64,000 bases of DNA from Paraphysomonas bandaiensis. Taxonomy: Eukaryota; Protista; Chrysophyceae. Position 1 is the stretch's first letter, and each line of letters starts with the position of its first letter. Made by a program: the position numbers and the translations under genes. The stretch is taken from positions 99,585 to 163,584 of the forward strand of contig CBFFRP010000379.1 in NCBI GenBank assembly GCA_965644295.1, in the 5' to 3' direction. Shown piece after piece: positions 1 to 13,850 of this stretch. A model generated the notes under the pieces. The model saw only the letters and a program-made list of their open reading frames with translations, was not told where the DNA came from and searched no databases.

Positions 1-99
1 TAAATGCTAAACATGTAGTAAATCATATGACACATGATACACAATGTATATACAATATTGATATTGTTATGCATGCTATCAGTAATTGCGATGACATTG

Positions 100-1620
100 A
101 CGAGCTAACCGATACACCAAAGAGTATTCAAGATGCTATTTCAGCTAAATATAAACAGTAGTGAATCGATGCTATCAACAGAGAAATATCCACTCTTCTC
201 AGAGGAAAGGATGCTGGAGATACACTGCGTTACCACCTGGAGCAAGAGTCATAAAAAAGGGGAAACTCATATTCAAAATAAAAAGAAAACAGAATGATAT
301 CAAATTCAAGGCTCGACTGGTCGCACAGGGTTTTACTCAAATCCAAGGCATCGATTATAATGATACATACAGCCCAGTCGCGAAGGCTACATCACTACTA
401 CGTACAATTATTGCCCATTCGACCATTATGAGACTCAGATTGCACCAAATCGATTTCACAACTGCGTACATCAATGCTGACCTCGAAGAGGACATATACA
501 TGCATCCCCCTCCTGGCACGGACGTCCCTGACGGAAAAGTCCTCAAACTGATGAAAAGCATCTATGGTCTAAAGCAAGCAGGTCTTAAGTGGTATAAGTG
601 CTGTACAAATTAATATCTAATATCTGACCCGTGTATATTCAAAAAGCAGATTAATGGCAGGATTATGCTAATAGCCATGTATGTGGATGATATTATTATA
701 GCATCTACATCATCCCACACTGATATCCAACAATTCAAAGACCATTTATCCAAAAAGTTCGAAATTACGGATCTCGGACTCTTAGATTATTACTTGGGCA
801 TTTCCATCCATCAAGACTACTTTTTGATAAGAATATCACGACTCTCAGTCAGGAGCAGTATGTCAACAAACTACTGGACAAATTCAATATGTCCAACTGT
901 AAAAACCCATGTCAACACCTATTTTACTTTCCTTCAACTATGATTTACATGAATACAATCATCTTTCAGAGTCAAATCAAAGTTATGTTCAGAATTTCCC
1001 CTACAAGGAGCTCATAGGCTGATGTATCTAGCTGTATGCACTCGACCGGATATCGCCTACGCAGTCAATACTCTCGCCAGATTTTCTGATATGCCTAATC
1101 TAACTACCTTTAATGCTGCGTTACATGTTCTTAGGTATCTCAAAGGCACTGCTAAGCAAGGATTGATATATTCTGGATCCCACATAACATTGTCAGGATA
1201 CTGCGATAGCGATTGGGCACGATGTCACCTCACTCGACGGTCCACCACAGCTTTTACATTCTTCATAAGTAATTGTCTTATATCATGGCAATCTCGATTA
1301 CAGACAACTGTGGCATTGTCATCTACTGAAACTGAGTATATGGCTTTATCGTCAGCAGCTCAGGAAGCATTATGACTACGCTCTTTATTATCAGAAATTG
1401 GTTTCAAACTTCCATTCTCAACAACTATTTGGTGCGATAATAAAGGTGCAGTCCAATTATGTTACAATCCTACTCATCATCGACGTGAACACATTGCGGA
1501 GAACATTTTGACTGTGGATCATATATCCACAAAGTCAATGTTAGCCGACCTCCTTACGAAACCACTAGGAGCAAATAACTTCCGCACATTGCGAACTACA
1601 TTGATGGGGGGAGCTGGGTT
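100..1620 (+). mobile_element. Decayed Ty1/Copia LTR retrotransposon pol (reverse transcriptase + RNase H), frameshifted and with stops
   Basis: ORF fragments carry Copia RT motifs KARLVAQGF, DYNDTYSPVA, HQIDFTTAYINADL, KSIYGLKQAG, YVDD, and RNase H motifs YCDSDWA, TVALSSTETEY, LADLLTKPL; broken into at least 4 ORFs. Confidence 0.93.
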
Positions 1621-1909
1621 CGACATCCCATCCAGCAGCAACAGAAAGCGATCAACAACCTCAGAGACACCTAAATCACAATTACCAAGCCACAAGCGAC
1701 CTAGGTGGCTAGTTTGAGTTACACGGAGTTTTTACCATTTTTTTTTACTTTTATTTCAATACATGATGCTGGACTAGAAGGATGGTCTCACAATATGGCA
1801 TCTCTGCAGTTCGCTTATTATTGACTAGTGACTGCTCCTCTGGTTTTTACTCTCAGTGTGTATAAGTTCATATTCTCTCTATTATCTACGGTTCACTGAT
1901 TATTTCATT

Positions 1910-1918
1910 GAGGGGGCG
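1910..1918 (+). other. Polypurine tract of the Copia element (GAGGGGGCG); 3' LTR probably starts at ~1919 (TATTAGG), end not determined
   Basis: Purine-rich GAGGGGG tract ~300 bp downstream of RNase H, the usual Copia PPT position. Confidence 0.6.
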
Positions 1919-3408
1919 TATTAGGATTCAGCTTAATACATGATTGTATCTGTGAGTTATAATGTTCAATGAAATATACCATGAACTGAATTAGAGAGAG
2001 TATCTGTCGAAGATACGTGATCGTCATCATAACGTCGTCATTATCAGTTACACTTCTAACTATTCCGTTGTGCATGATAGCTACGTTCTATATTGTTATT
2101 CATAATTTTCACTCTATCGTGTTCATTACTTACACTATAATAATCACAACATTGTTTTACTATTATAAAGATCAATTCTTTATTATGGCTAAATAGACAA
2201 TATCGATAATTATATATCTATACATAGTGTGGTACCACCTTAATTATACTAATTAGTTACAAAAAGAGTATGTTGAGTTCTGCTATTTTAGAGCAATTGA
2301 AAGCTGTAGTTCAAAGATATTTGACATACGGCTGTTAATGGAAGAATACAGAACTAATGTCATAATAGCAATCATAGTAGTGAAAGTTATAAGATCTTGA
2401 TATCTGATATTGTATGGAAATGATTGGTAGTTGAGACAACATGAATTTGGCGATTGCTAAGTGTATTGCTCATAAGTTTATTATATGTTACTTTATGTTT
2501 CTAACTTACAATTTTATCTCATATACGATCAATATGTCAATATATACATATTCGTTAGATCTTGAACAGAAAAACTTCCAGTTATGATCCGTGTTAGGTA
2601 GAGGAGTTGAAATACCACCAGATAATATCCAGAAGACATATATAGGCAACAATGACAAAATTGGATGGTATTATCAGACATCGAGGAACTAGATACAAGC
2701 GAGCTACTACTAATTAAACAAAAGGGGGGGTATCTGCTCTCTATATCTCCATATGAAAGAGCTGAAAGCCGTTCGTAGATTAATTCAGCTACTTCCTATA
2801 AGCTTCTAGTAATAATGCTGCTTTACTTAATATATTTTTTTATATCTACTTCTCAAGTATGTACATAAGTATACAAGTATGAGATACATGCATATCAGGT
2901 GGAAGATATGATGACTTTAATACAAACAATACATCAGAAACAAGCCATAGATTTAATTAAACTTCCTGGAGCGAGATGATTCCCATCTATGTATGTATGT
3001 ATATGATGCACATGGAGCTCATCAGATCAGTTGGAGAGTATGAAGCATTATACAGTGTAGTTATAGGAGCATTCAGAGCATGAGATGGTAGACGTACATG
3101 TATGTACTGCTGTATAGGTATGAGCTCCTCTCTACTCTCTCTCTATATATATGTACACGTATATAGTGTATACATATATATGTATATACGTGTGTGTACG
3201 TTTACTAGTAACGGCCTCCTGTCAGTGTAAGTGCTACATAACCAGTCACTTATATTAAAGAATTGATATCTAGCTGCGATAATGATGCAATGTAATAGCT
3301 GGATGAACACTGTGTTGTCTCCTATCTACTGTACAGGTGAGTGATACTGTCTATGGACCATGCTAACATAATGATAGCTGCGAGCCAAGATACGCATATA
3401 TGTACAGG

Positions 3409-3684
3409 ATAAAAACACCATATTTTTTTATGAAATACCTTGTTTTTTATGAAGTGCGCTTCTGAAATACCTTGTTTTTTTATGAAGTGCGCTTCTGAAA
3501 TAGCATATTTTTTATGTTAAATCTTACATTAAAACCCCGGTTTTAGGGCATATACTCCATCTTAATACCTTTTCTTTCTTTTGGTTTATGAATGGACAGG
3601 ACACTTCATATATAAAAATTCCAAAAATTTAATGATAAAAACCTATAAATTCTATATTTTTAGGTAAAAATATGGGTATTTTAA
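3409..3684. repeat. AT-rich MITE-like segment with imperfect terminal inverted repeats and an internal 33-bp direct duplication
   Basis: ATAAAAACACCATATTTTT at the left versus AAAAATATGGGTATTTTAAT at the right; TGAAATACCTTGTTTTTTATGAAGTGCGCTTC occurs twice (3431-3495). Confidence 0.35.
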
Positions 3685-3831
3685 TATTAGACTCACTGCA
3701 GTAGATGGTACAGTGATGTCCATGATATCACAGTCATATGAGTGGATGTTAACTGTTAATACCTCATATATTAGTCCTTCTACACCCCCCTTTATATCCG
3801 TCTAGCTAACAAACTGGATCAACAAACTAAA

Positions 3832-4206
3832 ATGAAACGAAGAGATCGAGTTCGTGAGATAAATATGCGTAATACTATCGCCCAGCATCACTCATCTAAT
3901 CAACCACAGCACACTGCTATAACAGAAGCGTTTACACCTCCCGATGACTCAGAGTCTTTATTGGGATATCCCGTATCAATGTCAGATATGAACAGACATA
4001 ATCCTACACAAAAGATGATGCGTAAGGCACGTGTTAGACAACTGATGGCTGATACGGTGTTACAGAGCGATACATCAGGGCACGTGTCTACCACTCCGTT
4101 TCAACATTTTATGCAAAGATCGTTTACAAAAGTTTTGTTTCCTATTCTGAGTTTACTTTCTTTTATATGTGTGGTAGTGTGGATTATCGATGTTGTTTTC
4201 CCATAA
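3832..4206 (+). CDS. Hypothetical 124-aa protein with a C-terminal hydrophobic (tail-anchor-like) segment
   Basis: ATG in A-rich context; C-terminal LFPILSLLSFICVVVWIIDVVF. Confidence 0.5.
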   Translation: MKRRDRVREINMRNTIAQHHSSNQPQHTAITEAFTPPDDSESLLGYPVSMSDMNRHNPTQKMMRKARVRQLMADTVLQSDTSGHVSTTPFQHFMQRSFTKVLFPILSLLSFICVVVWIIDVVFP

Positions 4207-4499
4207 GATTGTTCTTCTATGTATGTTCTCTTATATATACACGGACTGTGTGTGTTATATGTTGAAGTATGTACTTTACATGGTAAGAATTTCAGGATGC
4301 GAATAAGTCAATGATAGTATTTTTTATTTACCTACATGAATGCAGTTGGAGTTGAGAAGCCTCGAGCTAAAATCTGCAATACACCAATTTTATAGCGCAT
4401 AGCCAAATTGCACTGTGTACATCATAGCCACCAACGAATAGATACTAGGAATTAAAATGAATTGAAGTAGACAATTTTGTAAGCGCTAGTTGAATCGTG

Positions 4500-4982
4500 T
4501 TGAGAAGTTGCGACAAAATACTATTATGTTCAGCATCGATAGCTAAATAACGCCAAGAGCAGTGAAAACCTATTCTATTATTTGGGACAGCAAGTAGTAA
4601 TTGCAATTCTGCTAGTTGACTACAACCTACGTCAATTAATTGATACTCAGTCTTGAGTGAAATACAAAGTAGCATGAAACACTTGCATGCCACAACCAAT
4701 AAGGTTCTTGAAAGGTTATTCAGTAGAGCTAAGATTGTTATGACGGATTTGCGCAAGAGTATGACTCCTCGGCATTTGGAGTTACTGATGTTTTTACGCA
4801 TGAACCGTCGCCTCTGGAATGAAAAGACAGTTGAGGTAGCTATATTGGCAGCTAATGTAGTTTAGTATGAAATAATTGCAATTAAGTGCAATAGTTGAAA
4901 TTGAAACAGCAAGTAATAATTGCAATTATAATTGACTACAACCTGCGTCAATTAATTGACAATTAATTGATACGCAGCCCTG
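4500..4982 (+). mobile_element. hAT transposon remnant (C-terminal dimerization domain + right TIR)
   Basis: ERLFSRAKIVMTDLRKSMTPRHLELLMFLRMNRRLW; ends in AATTAATTGATACGCAGCCCTG, identical to the TIR of the 18073-18979 element; a second degenerate right end at ~4600-4655. Confidence 0.85.
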
Positions 4983-5252
4983 CAAAGTACAATACACAGG
5001 CTTCAACAAAACGATCAATACTTCTACAAGTTCCTGGTTTCCAATTTCCAAAGAACGAACGCACATGTCCTCGTAATATAATAATGACGCATAACTCACA
5101 TCGCATATACAATTATTAGTAATTAGTATCAGTCAGGATGTCATCAAGAAAAGAAAATACTATTTAACTCACATTGTCAAATACAAGTTACATATATGTG
5201 AAGCTTCAATATAGAAAATATATGTCGAATTGCCAAGTTACAAGAAATAATT

Positions 5253-7997
5253 TTAGATTCTAGTCTGGACTTTACTTCCTGATACAGCTTCACGCCGTTC
5301 AGAAGACTTCCTAGAAGACTTTCGGGATGCAGCCGTTTTGGACGCAGTAGGTTTCCCTCGTGATATGTACTGCGTGTTGGCAGTGTCACACTCATAACAC
5401 ACACTAAGAAGACATATTAACCCATCCACATATTCCTTATATAATGGCCCGCCGGGCGATTTTGATTGCATAGATTCATTGTCAGTCCCTTGTGAACAGA
5501 GTACAGCAACACTCTCCACTCCTTCAACACATTCTTCTAGCATCTGTAAGATATCATCCCTGTACAAGCGATTGTTTTCCTCCACACCGAGCCATAGTGT
5601 GCCAACAAGCACTCGTTGCAGGTACGTAGTGATGGAGATTAGGGTTCGCATCAGGAGTTCCTGCGGGGCAATCGGGTGTGTGTGAGAATACAGAAAGAGG
5701 CATATCTCATCATACGACGTATCCATCTTATTGTGCGCAAGCAACAGAAACTCAACCAGAGCATTTATAGTCGGCCAAGATACATCTTCATAGAAGCGGC
5801 ATTCAGGTCCCGCGTTTTCTATCCTAAGTGCCTGCATATGCGCGTATAAACTCACGAGAGCACAATATCCATCGACATTCCAGTCACTCGCACGAGGAAG
5901 GAAGACCACACCCTTAGTGCTCTGAATGGCAGGTAAAATACCAGTGTGAAGTGAACGCAACCCATCAAGCGACAATTGCATATTCTCATCACCACGTACA
6001 CAATCACTAATACGTTTCATTTGAAGCGATTGCAAACTTAATAGCGACGCAATCACCCCATACAATGCAGCCATCACTGTACGCATCCCACTCGACATGT
6101 CCAAGGGTAACAAGGATTTCAACGATTCCATAAAACTCAACGCCATGTTTAGGGTGTTCGAGAGTACTGTACACCTATCAAATGTACTGGTGCTATCATG
6201 AGCCTCCACTGAGCAATGACGACAAAACGAACCTTCTACACTACTATCGGAGGAACTAGAAACCTCATTATGCCGAATACACAGCATGGCAACAATACAA
6301 AACACACGCATGGGGGCTATTAGTTCCACTACACACGACTCGACGCTATGATTATCATTATTCAGACCGGAAAGTTGAAAGTTCAGTCCACTAGCTAGGG
6401 AATGGATGGGACATACAGAAAGTGAGGTGTCGTTGAAAATATCGGCTGAACTTTCTGTTAATCTACACCTTCCGCAACAGATACAAGTATCATCATCGAG
6501 AACTTTGTTGAATGAAATCATACCCACTATAGCGGTGGGTTCCAAGTGGCAGCACAGAACCAACGTGTCACATGCAGCCTCAACATGCTTCACATCAGCT
6601 ACAGCTGTGTTTCCGCTGTCCGCATCAGAACGGTGGGAGCAAACATGGATCAGTTCTCTAAGCAGACGATGACTCTGTTGCGAAAAAATCTCACCCCATT
6701 CAGCTTGAGATACAGCTGGAACAGGTTTCTCAAGGATATCAACAAGTGTGGTTCTTAAGGTTTCAATATCAGATATTGAGTGAAGATATTGTAGCCCATT
6801 AAAGACTGTCGGCATCGTTCGATCTGACGCTGCCAGCGTAGTCGGAATCCGTCCCTCAGACGTCCGTGGGCGCGTAGAACTCTCAGGATAGGAGTGGCGG
6901 CCCTTGCGCGGTTTCGAAACAATATTTGTGTTGTTTTTACCGCCTTTCTGGCTTACTCTAGACAACAATTTGTCCGGATACGATAGCCTTAAAGTTGATA
7001 TTGCGCCAGTAAATTGTGAGACCAAGTCTTCTGAGGACTCATCCACGCACTCATCCTGACTGTACTTCATGACAATATTTTCCCTCACAGGCTTACATTC
7101 ACTTTCAGGGAAACTCCCGGTACGTAGATCTTTTTGAGTTTGTAATGGCACCTTCTCTTTCTTATTGACAGAAGAACCCTGAGTTGTTGCGATCAAATAC
7201 ATCGAGATAATATGTCCAGATGCATCTTCTACAACTGTTAAAACACCTGGTGAAGGGTCAGGAACAGACCATGTTGCTGGTCCGAGATTTTCGCCTTCAA
7301 CCCTGCAAAAATAGGGGACAGCAGATGCTGGATTGGTATCGAACACAGGAATCTCTTCTGGCCACCAGTATACATCGTCCGGTACTGAATGGTTCCGTCG
7401 ATCCGATTGATTGTGGGCAGTGGTCGGGCGGCGAGCGTAGCATATAAGCCATCGATCAACAGTTGGTGAGATATTCTTTGAGTTGTTAGGGTATGTAAAA
7501 GGGAATGGTACAAGTCCTCTATCCACTAGCGATTGAGACAACACAGTTTTACGACTACTGGCATGAAAAAAGGCTGGAACTATAGTGTTATCTTGTTCAT
7601 TCGAGTTGATACGCTGTGATGTCCATATATTGTTTCCACTCTCTAGTATATGATAACAAGGTACCCAAAGAGGGTTCATAGTATCCAAATCACTATCTAA
7701 TAATTGTGTATGTGGCATTAACTTTGTATCATATGTGGATTTATTCCATGACTTTCTTCTTCTTTGTGTAGTTTGTTTACTTTTTTTCTCATTCTCAGAT
7801 ATTTTTTCTTTATTTCTATTAATACAAAAATTAATTCCATTTGGTCGTATTGTCCATTCCGTTAATTGAGATGATTCCGAGATAGTTTCATCTAATTGAC
7901 GTCGTCTTGAATCGCCGATAGGATATGATACACGTTTTGTATTCGCAATTTGTATGGGATTACCTCTATCCCACTGTTTTCTATGTTTTTTAGGCAT
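5253..7997 (-). CDS. Hypothetical protein (~914 aa; helical C-terminal half), divergent from cullin
   Basis: Long uninterrupted ORF; no family recognised; the 3' end may be spliced. Confidence 0.75.
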   Translation of the reverse strand: MPKKHRKQWDRGNPIQIANTKRVSYPIGDSRRRQLDETISESSQLTEWTIRPNGINFCINRNKEKISENEKKSKQTTQRRRKSWNKSTYDTKLMPHTQLLDSDLDTMNPLWVPCYHILESGNNIWTSQRINSNEQDNTIVPAFFHASSRKTVLSQSLVDRGLVPFPFTYPNNSKNISPTVDRWLICYARRPTTAHNQSDRRNHSVPDDVYWWPEEIPVFDTNPASAVPYFCRVEGENLGPATWSVPDPSPGVLTVVEDASGHIISMYLIATTQGSSVNKKEKVPLQTQKDLRTGSFPESECKPVRENIVMKYSQDECVDESSEDLVSQFTGAISTLRLSYPDKLLSRVSQKGGKNNTNIVSKPRKGRHSYPESSTRPRTSEGRIPTTLAASDRTMPTVFNGLQYLHSISDIETLRTTLVDILEKPVPAVSQAEWGEIFSQQSHRLLRELIHVCSHRSDADSGNTAVADVKHVEAACDTLVLCCHLEPTAIVGMISFNKVLDDDTCICCGRCRLTESSADIFNDTSLSVCPIHSLASGLNFQLSGLNNDNHSVESCVVELIAPMRVFCIVAMLCIRHNEVSSSSDSSVEGSFCRHCSVEAHDSTSTFDRCTVLSNTLNMALSFMESLKSLLPLDMSSGMRTVMAALYGVIASLLSLQSLQMKRISDCVRGDENMQLSLDGLRSLHTGILPAIQSTKGVVFLPRASDWNVDGYCALVSLYAHMQALRIENAGPECRFYEDVSWPTINALVEFLLLAHNKMDTSYDEICLFLYSHTHPIAPQELLMRTLISITTYLQRVLVGTLWLGVEENNRLYRDDILQMLEECVEGVESVAVLCSQGTDNESMQSKSPGGPLYKEYVDGLICLLSVCYECDTANTQYISRGKPTASKTAASRKSSRKSSERREAVSGSKVQTRI

Positions 7998-8624
7998 TTA
8001 ATTGAATATATTTATCATTTAATGAATTCTAGATATAGATTTTATTAAAGTATGAATGTAGACGTTGATTGATATTTGTAGTAACACTCTATAGGTGTTG
8101 GTAGAGATGAGAATATAGATAACAGGTATAAAAATCGCCACTTTTTATATCATAAACTACTATAATTCTAAGATCTTACACTTCTGACATCCTGAAAAAC
8201 GTCAGATTTTTACATAACAGTATTCTTGTCATTGAAAATCCATTGTTTTCTCACTCTACACTATAACTCCTTGTTTTCTCCATAACATAAGCTCGAAAAC
8301 TAGACTTTTCCACACTTTGACCTTATTCCAAAAATGTTTTGATAGAATATTTTTTCGTTCTTTTACGGTCATTTTCCTCGAAAGAATTTCCTATAGGCAA
8401 CACTTTTTTTTTGATGGGATACATACATACATACACGCTTCTACACATACAGGTACATACACAGGAAGAGTATGCTGGATGTGCCTATATATATATACCT
8501 ACAGATGACTGTATGTATGTGTATATTACTATAAGAGTATATATAACACACATATATATACATACATATACATACTAACCTCACTATTAATATATAAAAC
8601 TACAAGATATTTATTAGATAAATA

Positions 8625-11600
8625 ATGAGTGATATCGGTGTCATTATCGACCTTGAGGTCGGATGGAATGAAGAGATTATGCGTAAAGCTATTGAACCTC
8701 TTAAAGTAAAGTGACTCTACTTATATATGTATGTATGTATTTATATGGTACACAGGCGATACTTGATGAAGGAATTAAACGTAGTCCGTTTACTTATAAG
8801 GAATATACAGCAACATATACGTGAGTGGTCATATATAATTGAAGTACATTGACTGTTACTGTATACACTGTATGCATGTATGTATGTATCATCTAATGCC
8901 TTTCTTTAGTATTTGCTACAATATGTGTACCCAGAGATCCCCTTTTAATTGGTCCGAGCAACTATATGAAAGACATGGAGAGGTATATTATGCAGTTGAT
9001 AATACTTTTGTGTTCAAGTTATTTGATTTTCATATACCACTCATTTTATGGTTTGGCTTGCAGACGATTGCCAAATATTTGAATGACACTGTCCTTCCAG
9101 CACTTCGGAATCGACACGATATATTTTTACTGCAGGAGCTTGTGCGACGATGGCAAAATCACAAAATTATGAATAAGTGGATGCAAAAGTTTTTTATGTA
9201 TCTGGTAGGACCATGCATCCCACAGACGTGGACTATATATATATACGAAGCATGAATAGAAACGTATTTGAAATTAGATAGTTAATGTTTTTTTGTAGGA
9301 CCGATATCATGTTAAGTACAACTCGTTACCTCCGTTGAAAGAAGCAGGACTGCATCATTTCAAAACGGTGGTTTATGAAGCAGTGAAAAAAGACGTCGCC
9401 AGTGGCATCCTGGCAATGATAAACGAGGTCGGTTTTGTATAATGTTTACTTTTCTTTGGGAATGTATTTTACAATCGATGCACATAACTAATAGTACTGT
9501 GCATAATTGTAGGAGAGAGAGAATGTGGTCGTCGACAGGGATCTTATCCGCTCTTGCGTTGACCTGTTCGAAAGCATGGGAATGGGAAGCATAGATGTTT
9601 ATGAGAACGATTTGGAGAAGTACCTCTTAGAGTCATCAAAGTAATCCACAACATTCGTGTGCCATATATTGCAACACTTTTCACATAATAATATATATAC
9701 ATTTATGAATTGCATGTGCGTACTCTACGCTAATTGATGTGTGCAGAGAATACTACGCACGAAAGGCGGAGTTGTGGATGGAAACAGACTCGACACCTAT
9801 TTACCTCGTTAAGGCCGAAAAGGCTTTAGAGAGTGAACGAGAGCGTGTGGTTAACTATCTTAACGTACTATCAGAGCCCAAGCTGTTAGGTGTAATAGAG
9901 ACTGAGCTATTGGAGAAGAAGGAAAGAATGTTGCTCGAGAAAGAGGGCTCGGGTATGAGAGCTCTCTTAATAAACGACAAGGTTCGTAACATATGTGGTG
10001 GAGGTATTTATGGTGTTGAAGTATATTCTGTGCATGAAGGAATACTTAAGAACGTGTTCTGAATACACTATATGTAATGCTATTCTACTGTACCTAGTTG
10101 TATTGTCATCCCTGTGATCTATTTTAACCGATGTATTTGCTCCTAAATGCAGGATGAAGATCTCACCCGCATGTTCCGATTATTCAGTCGCGTCAGGGAT
10201 GGAGGTCTGAACCCAATGGCTGAAATATTCCGTGATCATATCGTAAGTCTTGGCATGGAGTGTGTTAATGCGCGGCGAGCTCGAATTGACAGTCTGAAAG
10301 AAAGAGAGAAGGAGTCCAGTAACGATCCGCAATTCATAAAAGACTTATTGGCCCTGCATGATAAGTATCTGGGAATGGTGGATAATCAGTTTAAAGGTCA
10401 TGCATTGTTCCAGAAAGCTCTTAAAGATGCCTTTGCCGAGGCAGTCAATAAAGATGTAGGAAAACACAAGAATGCGGACTTACTATCGTCTTTCTGCGAC
10501 CAGCTATTGAAAACTGGTGGAGAAAAGTTAGGGGAAGACGAAGTCGAATCGTATCTGGAGAAAGTGGTTCAGTTATTCTCTTATCTTGGAGATAAAGACA
10601 TGTATGCAGAAATATATAGGTACGAAGTCTTGCCTTTTGTTAAACTGAGAGAAAACATTTAGACTGGCGTAGTAGCTACGGCAATACCTGCTTGGACGAT
10701 GTTGTATGACATGCTTTTGTCGCTATACAGGTCTCAGTTAGCTCGCCGCTTATTAAATCAAAGGTCAGCATCGGACGACATGGAGCGACTTATGATAAGT
10801 AAACTAAAGCTCCGCTGTGGAAGTCAGTTCACGGGGAAAATGGAAGGCATGTTGACAGATCTGTCCATTGGGGCTGACCATCAGGTATGCCCAAAGACAG
10901 CGAGAACACATGTATCTAGTCGATGTATTATATGTTTTTTTCTTGTGCGCGATGCAGATAACGTTACTGTTGCATATGTACAGCAATCTTTTGATTCATA
11001 CTGCCGAGATGGTAGTCGCCTTGCTTTCGCCGGACCAATGGAGTTCAGTGCTCAAGTATTAACGATTTCCTATTGGCCGAGTTATAAAACCTACGACGTT
11101 GTTTTGCCCAATATAATGGCAAAGTGCTGTCAGGTCAGTAGATTTCGCATGGGCACATATATTTGCAAAGAATACGTTGTATAATGCGTGCGTATACCAT
11201 TGCGTGTTAAACTCTTTGCATGCAGGTTTTCACCGAATTTTACGAGGTGGAGACTTCAAAGCGACGCCTTCAGTGGGTGCACAGCCTGGGTGATGCCATT
11301 GTGAAAGGTATCTACAAGACTAGATCATACGACTTTCAGATATCCACCCTGCAAGCGGCCGCTCTACTTGCGTTTTCTTCGACTGACGGGGAAAGTATAA
11401 CGCTATCGTACACTGATTTAGGTACTTCTATGCGTAGCTTATATATTACACTATATTTTCAATGCGGTGCTGTTTTCATATACTGTGAGAATACGTGGTT
11501 GTAGTACGGAACGTGTGTCTAAATGAGTCTTGACGCAGCGAATATGCTACACTTGCCTGATGAGGCTCTCAAGCGTGTCTTGCACTCCCTGTCGTGTGGA

Positions 11601-12260
11601 AAGTACAAGATTCTGAAAAAAGATGGTCCACCAAGTGCAATTCGCTCTACCGACACATTCACAACTAATAACACTTTTAGGTATACAACGTCATTATATT
11701 ATTACATTTTGCCTATATAAGGCGTGTACTGGGATATATGTTGATATTATATTTTGGAAGCGGATATATGTGATTGCGTATATATATCTACATGTGCAAT
11801 GAATATTTGTGTGCACAAGTGTATTATGCGTGGTAACTAAATTCCCTGTTTTAGCTCAAAGAGCCTTCGATTTCGTGTACCCATTGCTGCGCTGGAGGAA
11901 TCACATAACCCCAAAAGGCTAGAAGATGATAGGGGACACACGATTGAGGCTGCTATAGTGCGTATTATGAAGGCACGCAAGACTCTCTCACATCAGCAGC
12001 TTATTGCCGAAGTACTGACCCAGCTCTCGTTTTTCAGACCCGATGTTAAGGTGCGCACACCTTATTGTATAGTGTTCTAATGCAGTATGTATGAATATTT
12101 GCTTTGTTCTGTTCCGTGGTGTTTGTTCCAAAAATACTTTTATATGAACTTATATGTCAATGTGATACAGAAAGTGCGCCGTCACATTGAAGCGTTAATT
12201 GAAAGGGAATATTTGGAGAGAGATCAAGATAATAGGGACATTTACAAATACCTCGCATAG
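8625..12260 (+). CDS. CUL1: Cullin (cullin-1-like), multi-exon
   Basis: N-terminus [64 protein letters not shown], neddylation motif [13 protein letters not shown], ends YKYLA-TAG at 12260; GT-AG introns. Confidence 0.92.
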
Positions 12261-12580
12261 CGTTAGTACCTGTGGGCGTGGGCGGGAGAAGTTATTACGA
12301 AGAGCATATTAGTGGTGTACCGTCCTGTCTGTAGCAAGAGAATAACTACCTGTGATAGTTAGCTGACTCTACCCTGACAAAGAGATGAGTTTTAGGTTCT
12401 TGCGACATTGAGGAACATAGATAGCATAATGAGATAAGGCAATTACAGTAATGCAATATAGTTGTTAGTGGAATAGTAGTCCAAATGCTAATATATTCAC
12501 GTGCCACTTGCTCTGATGAAAAGCGGCTATCACGAATTCATGTATCTAGTCTTTAGTCTTTATCAGCAACGTATTGCCAG

Positions 12581-13122
12581 CAAGGCTGCATAATAAGTAA
12601 TTGACGCAGGTTGTAGAAAAATAAAATTGCAAATTATTATTTGCTTTCTCAAGTAATTGCATTGCAATTAATTTGATGTTAAATGAATAACGTGAGGTAA
12701 AATCAATGGTTCTAGTTTCTTCTGGTTTTCCATTATAAATATCGAATTTTCAAAGCAAAAGGCTATTTCTAACAACATACAATGACTGCAGTCTGCAGCC
12801 ATCATTAACTTTTTTTGGAATACTGCATTTGCACTAAAACAATTTCGATGCTGTAAGAAAGAAGATAATTCAGTTAATTGTATGAGTAATTTAGATCTAA
12901 ATAATTTATTAATCTTAATAGAGCCGCTTCTGCAGTTGTTCGGTGAATAGTATAATTTGTCTAGAATGAACACATGTTGAGAGTCTAATAGCAAGTTTGA
13001 ACCTTTAACTAGCTACGTGAATTTAGTGCAGCTTATACGAACGCAACTGATGGAATTGAAACATCATGTAGCAACTCACTTTCAATTACTACAATAGTTG
13101 ACAATTCATGTTACGCAGCCCT
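12581..13122. mobile_element. Degenerate non-autonomous hAT-family element
   Basis: Ends CAAGGCTGCATAAT / GTTACGCAGCCCT resemble the CAGGGCTGCGTA TIR; subterminal TTGACGCAGGTTGTAG is shared (inverted) with 4935-4950. Confidence 0.5.
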
Positions 13123-13758
13123 CTTCCACAATCATACTTCACTGTGCATTCATGATATGAATACAGTACTCTGTATGTCAGGGCTGGAGAATAAAGTATT
13201 GATTTGTCAATTGGTTTGAACTTGAACGAAATACACGACTTATGTCGACTGTCCCTGTCGCTCCATCAGTCTACTGTGTGTGTGTATGTATGTATATGAT
13301 GGATTACTAAGAGTGATATGGTCTCTCGGGATGATTATAATGATATTGATAATGAGAAAGTGGTCTGGATATACCCCCTTAACATGTAGAGCTTATACAT
13401 ATGCATGTATACATGTGTATATACATGGATACGTGTGTGTATACACATATATATAGAGAGAGAGGATGGTGTAGTGTGGATCTACAGTAGAGTTATACAG
13501 TACAGAGAAGTCAAGTACAGTCGATATTACACATGGTCTATAGGCTAAGTACTGGATACGCATACTATGATATGGTGATATTAAGTGTGGACTGGTATCA
13601 TATCTCAGTATCATAGCACACTTCCTCATAATAAAATTAATGTCTAATACCCCCACTTTATTGACCTGAAAACCTGTTTTCTACCATTTTTCGAATTTTG
13701 GAGATGAAAACAGGAAATAAAATAAACTTTATACAAAATCATGTATAATATGTACATA

Positions 13759-13850
13759 CAGCCCACTCGCGATATAACGCGATTAGGGTTGGCGAAAGAA
13801 AATAATCGCGATATATAATACAGGAATCGCGTTATATCGCGAGTGGGCTG
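13759..13850. mobile_element. 92-bp Tc1/mariner (pogo-like) MITE
   Basis: Perfect 26-bp TIR CAGCCCACTCGCGATATAACGCGATT, with TA on both sides (13757-58 and 13851-52). Confidence 0.8.
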
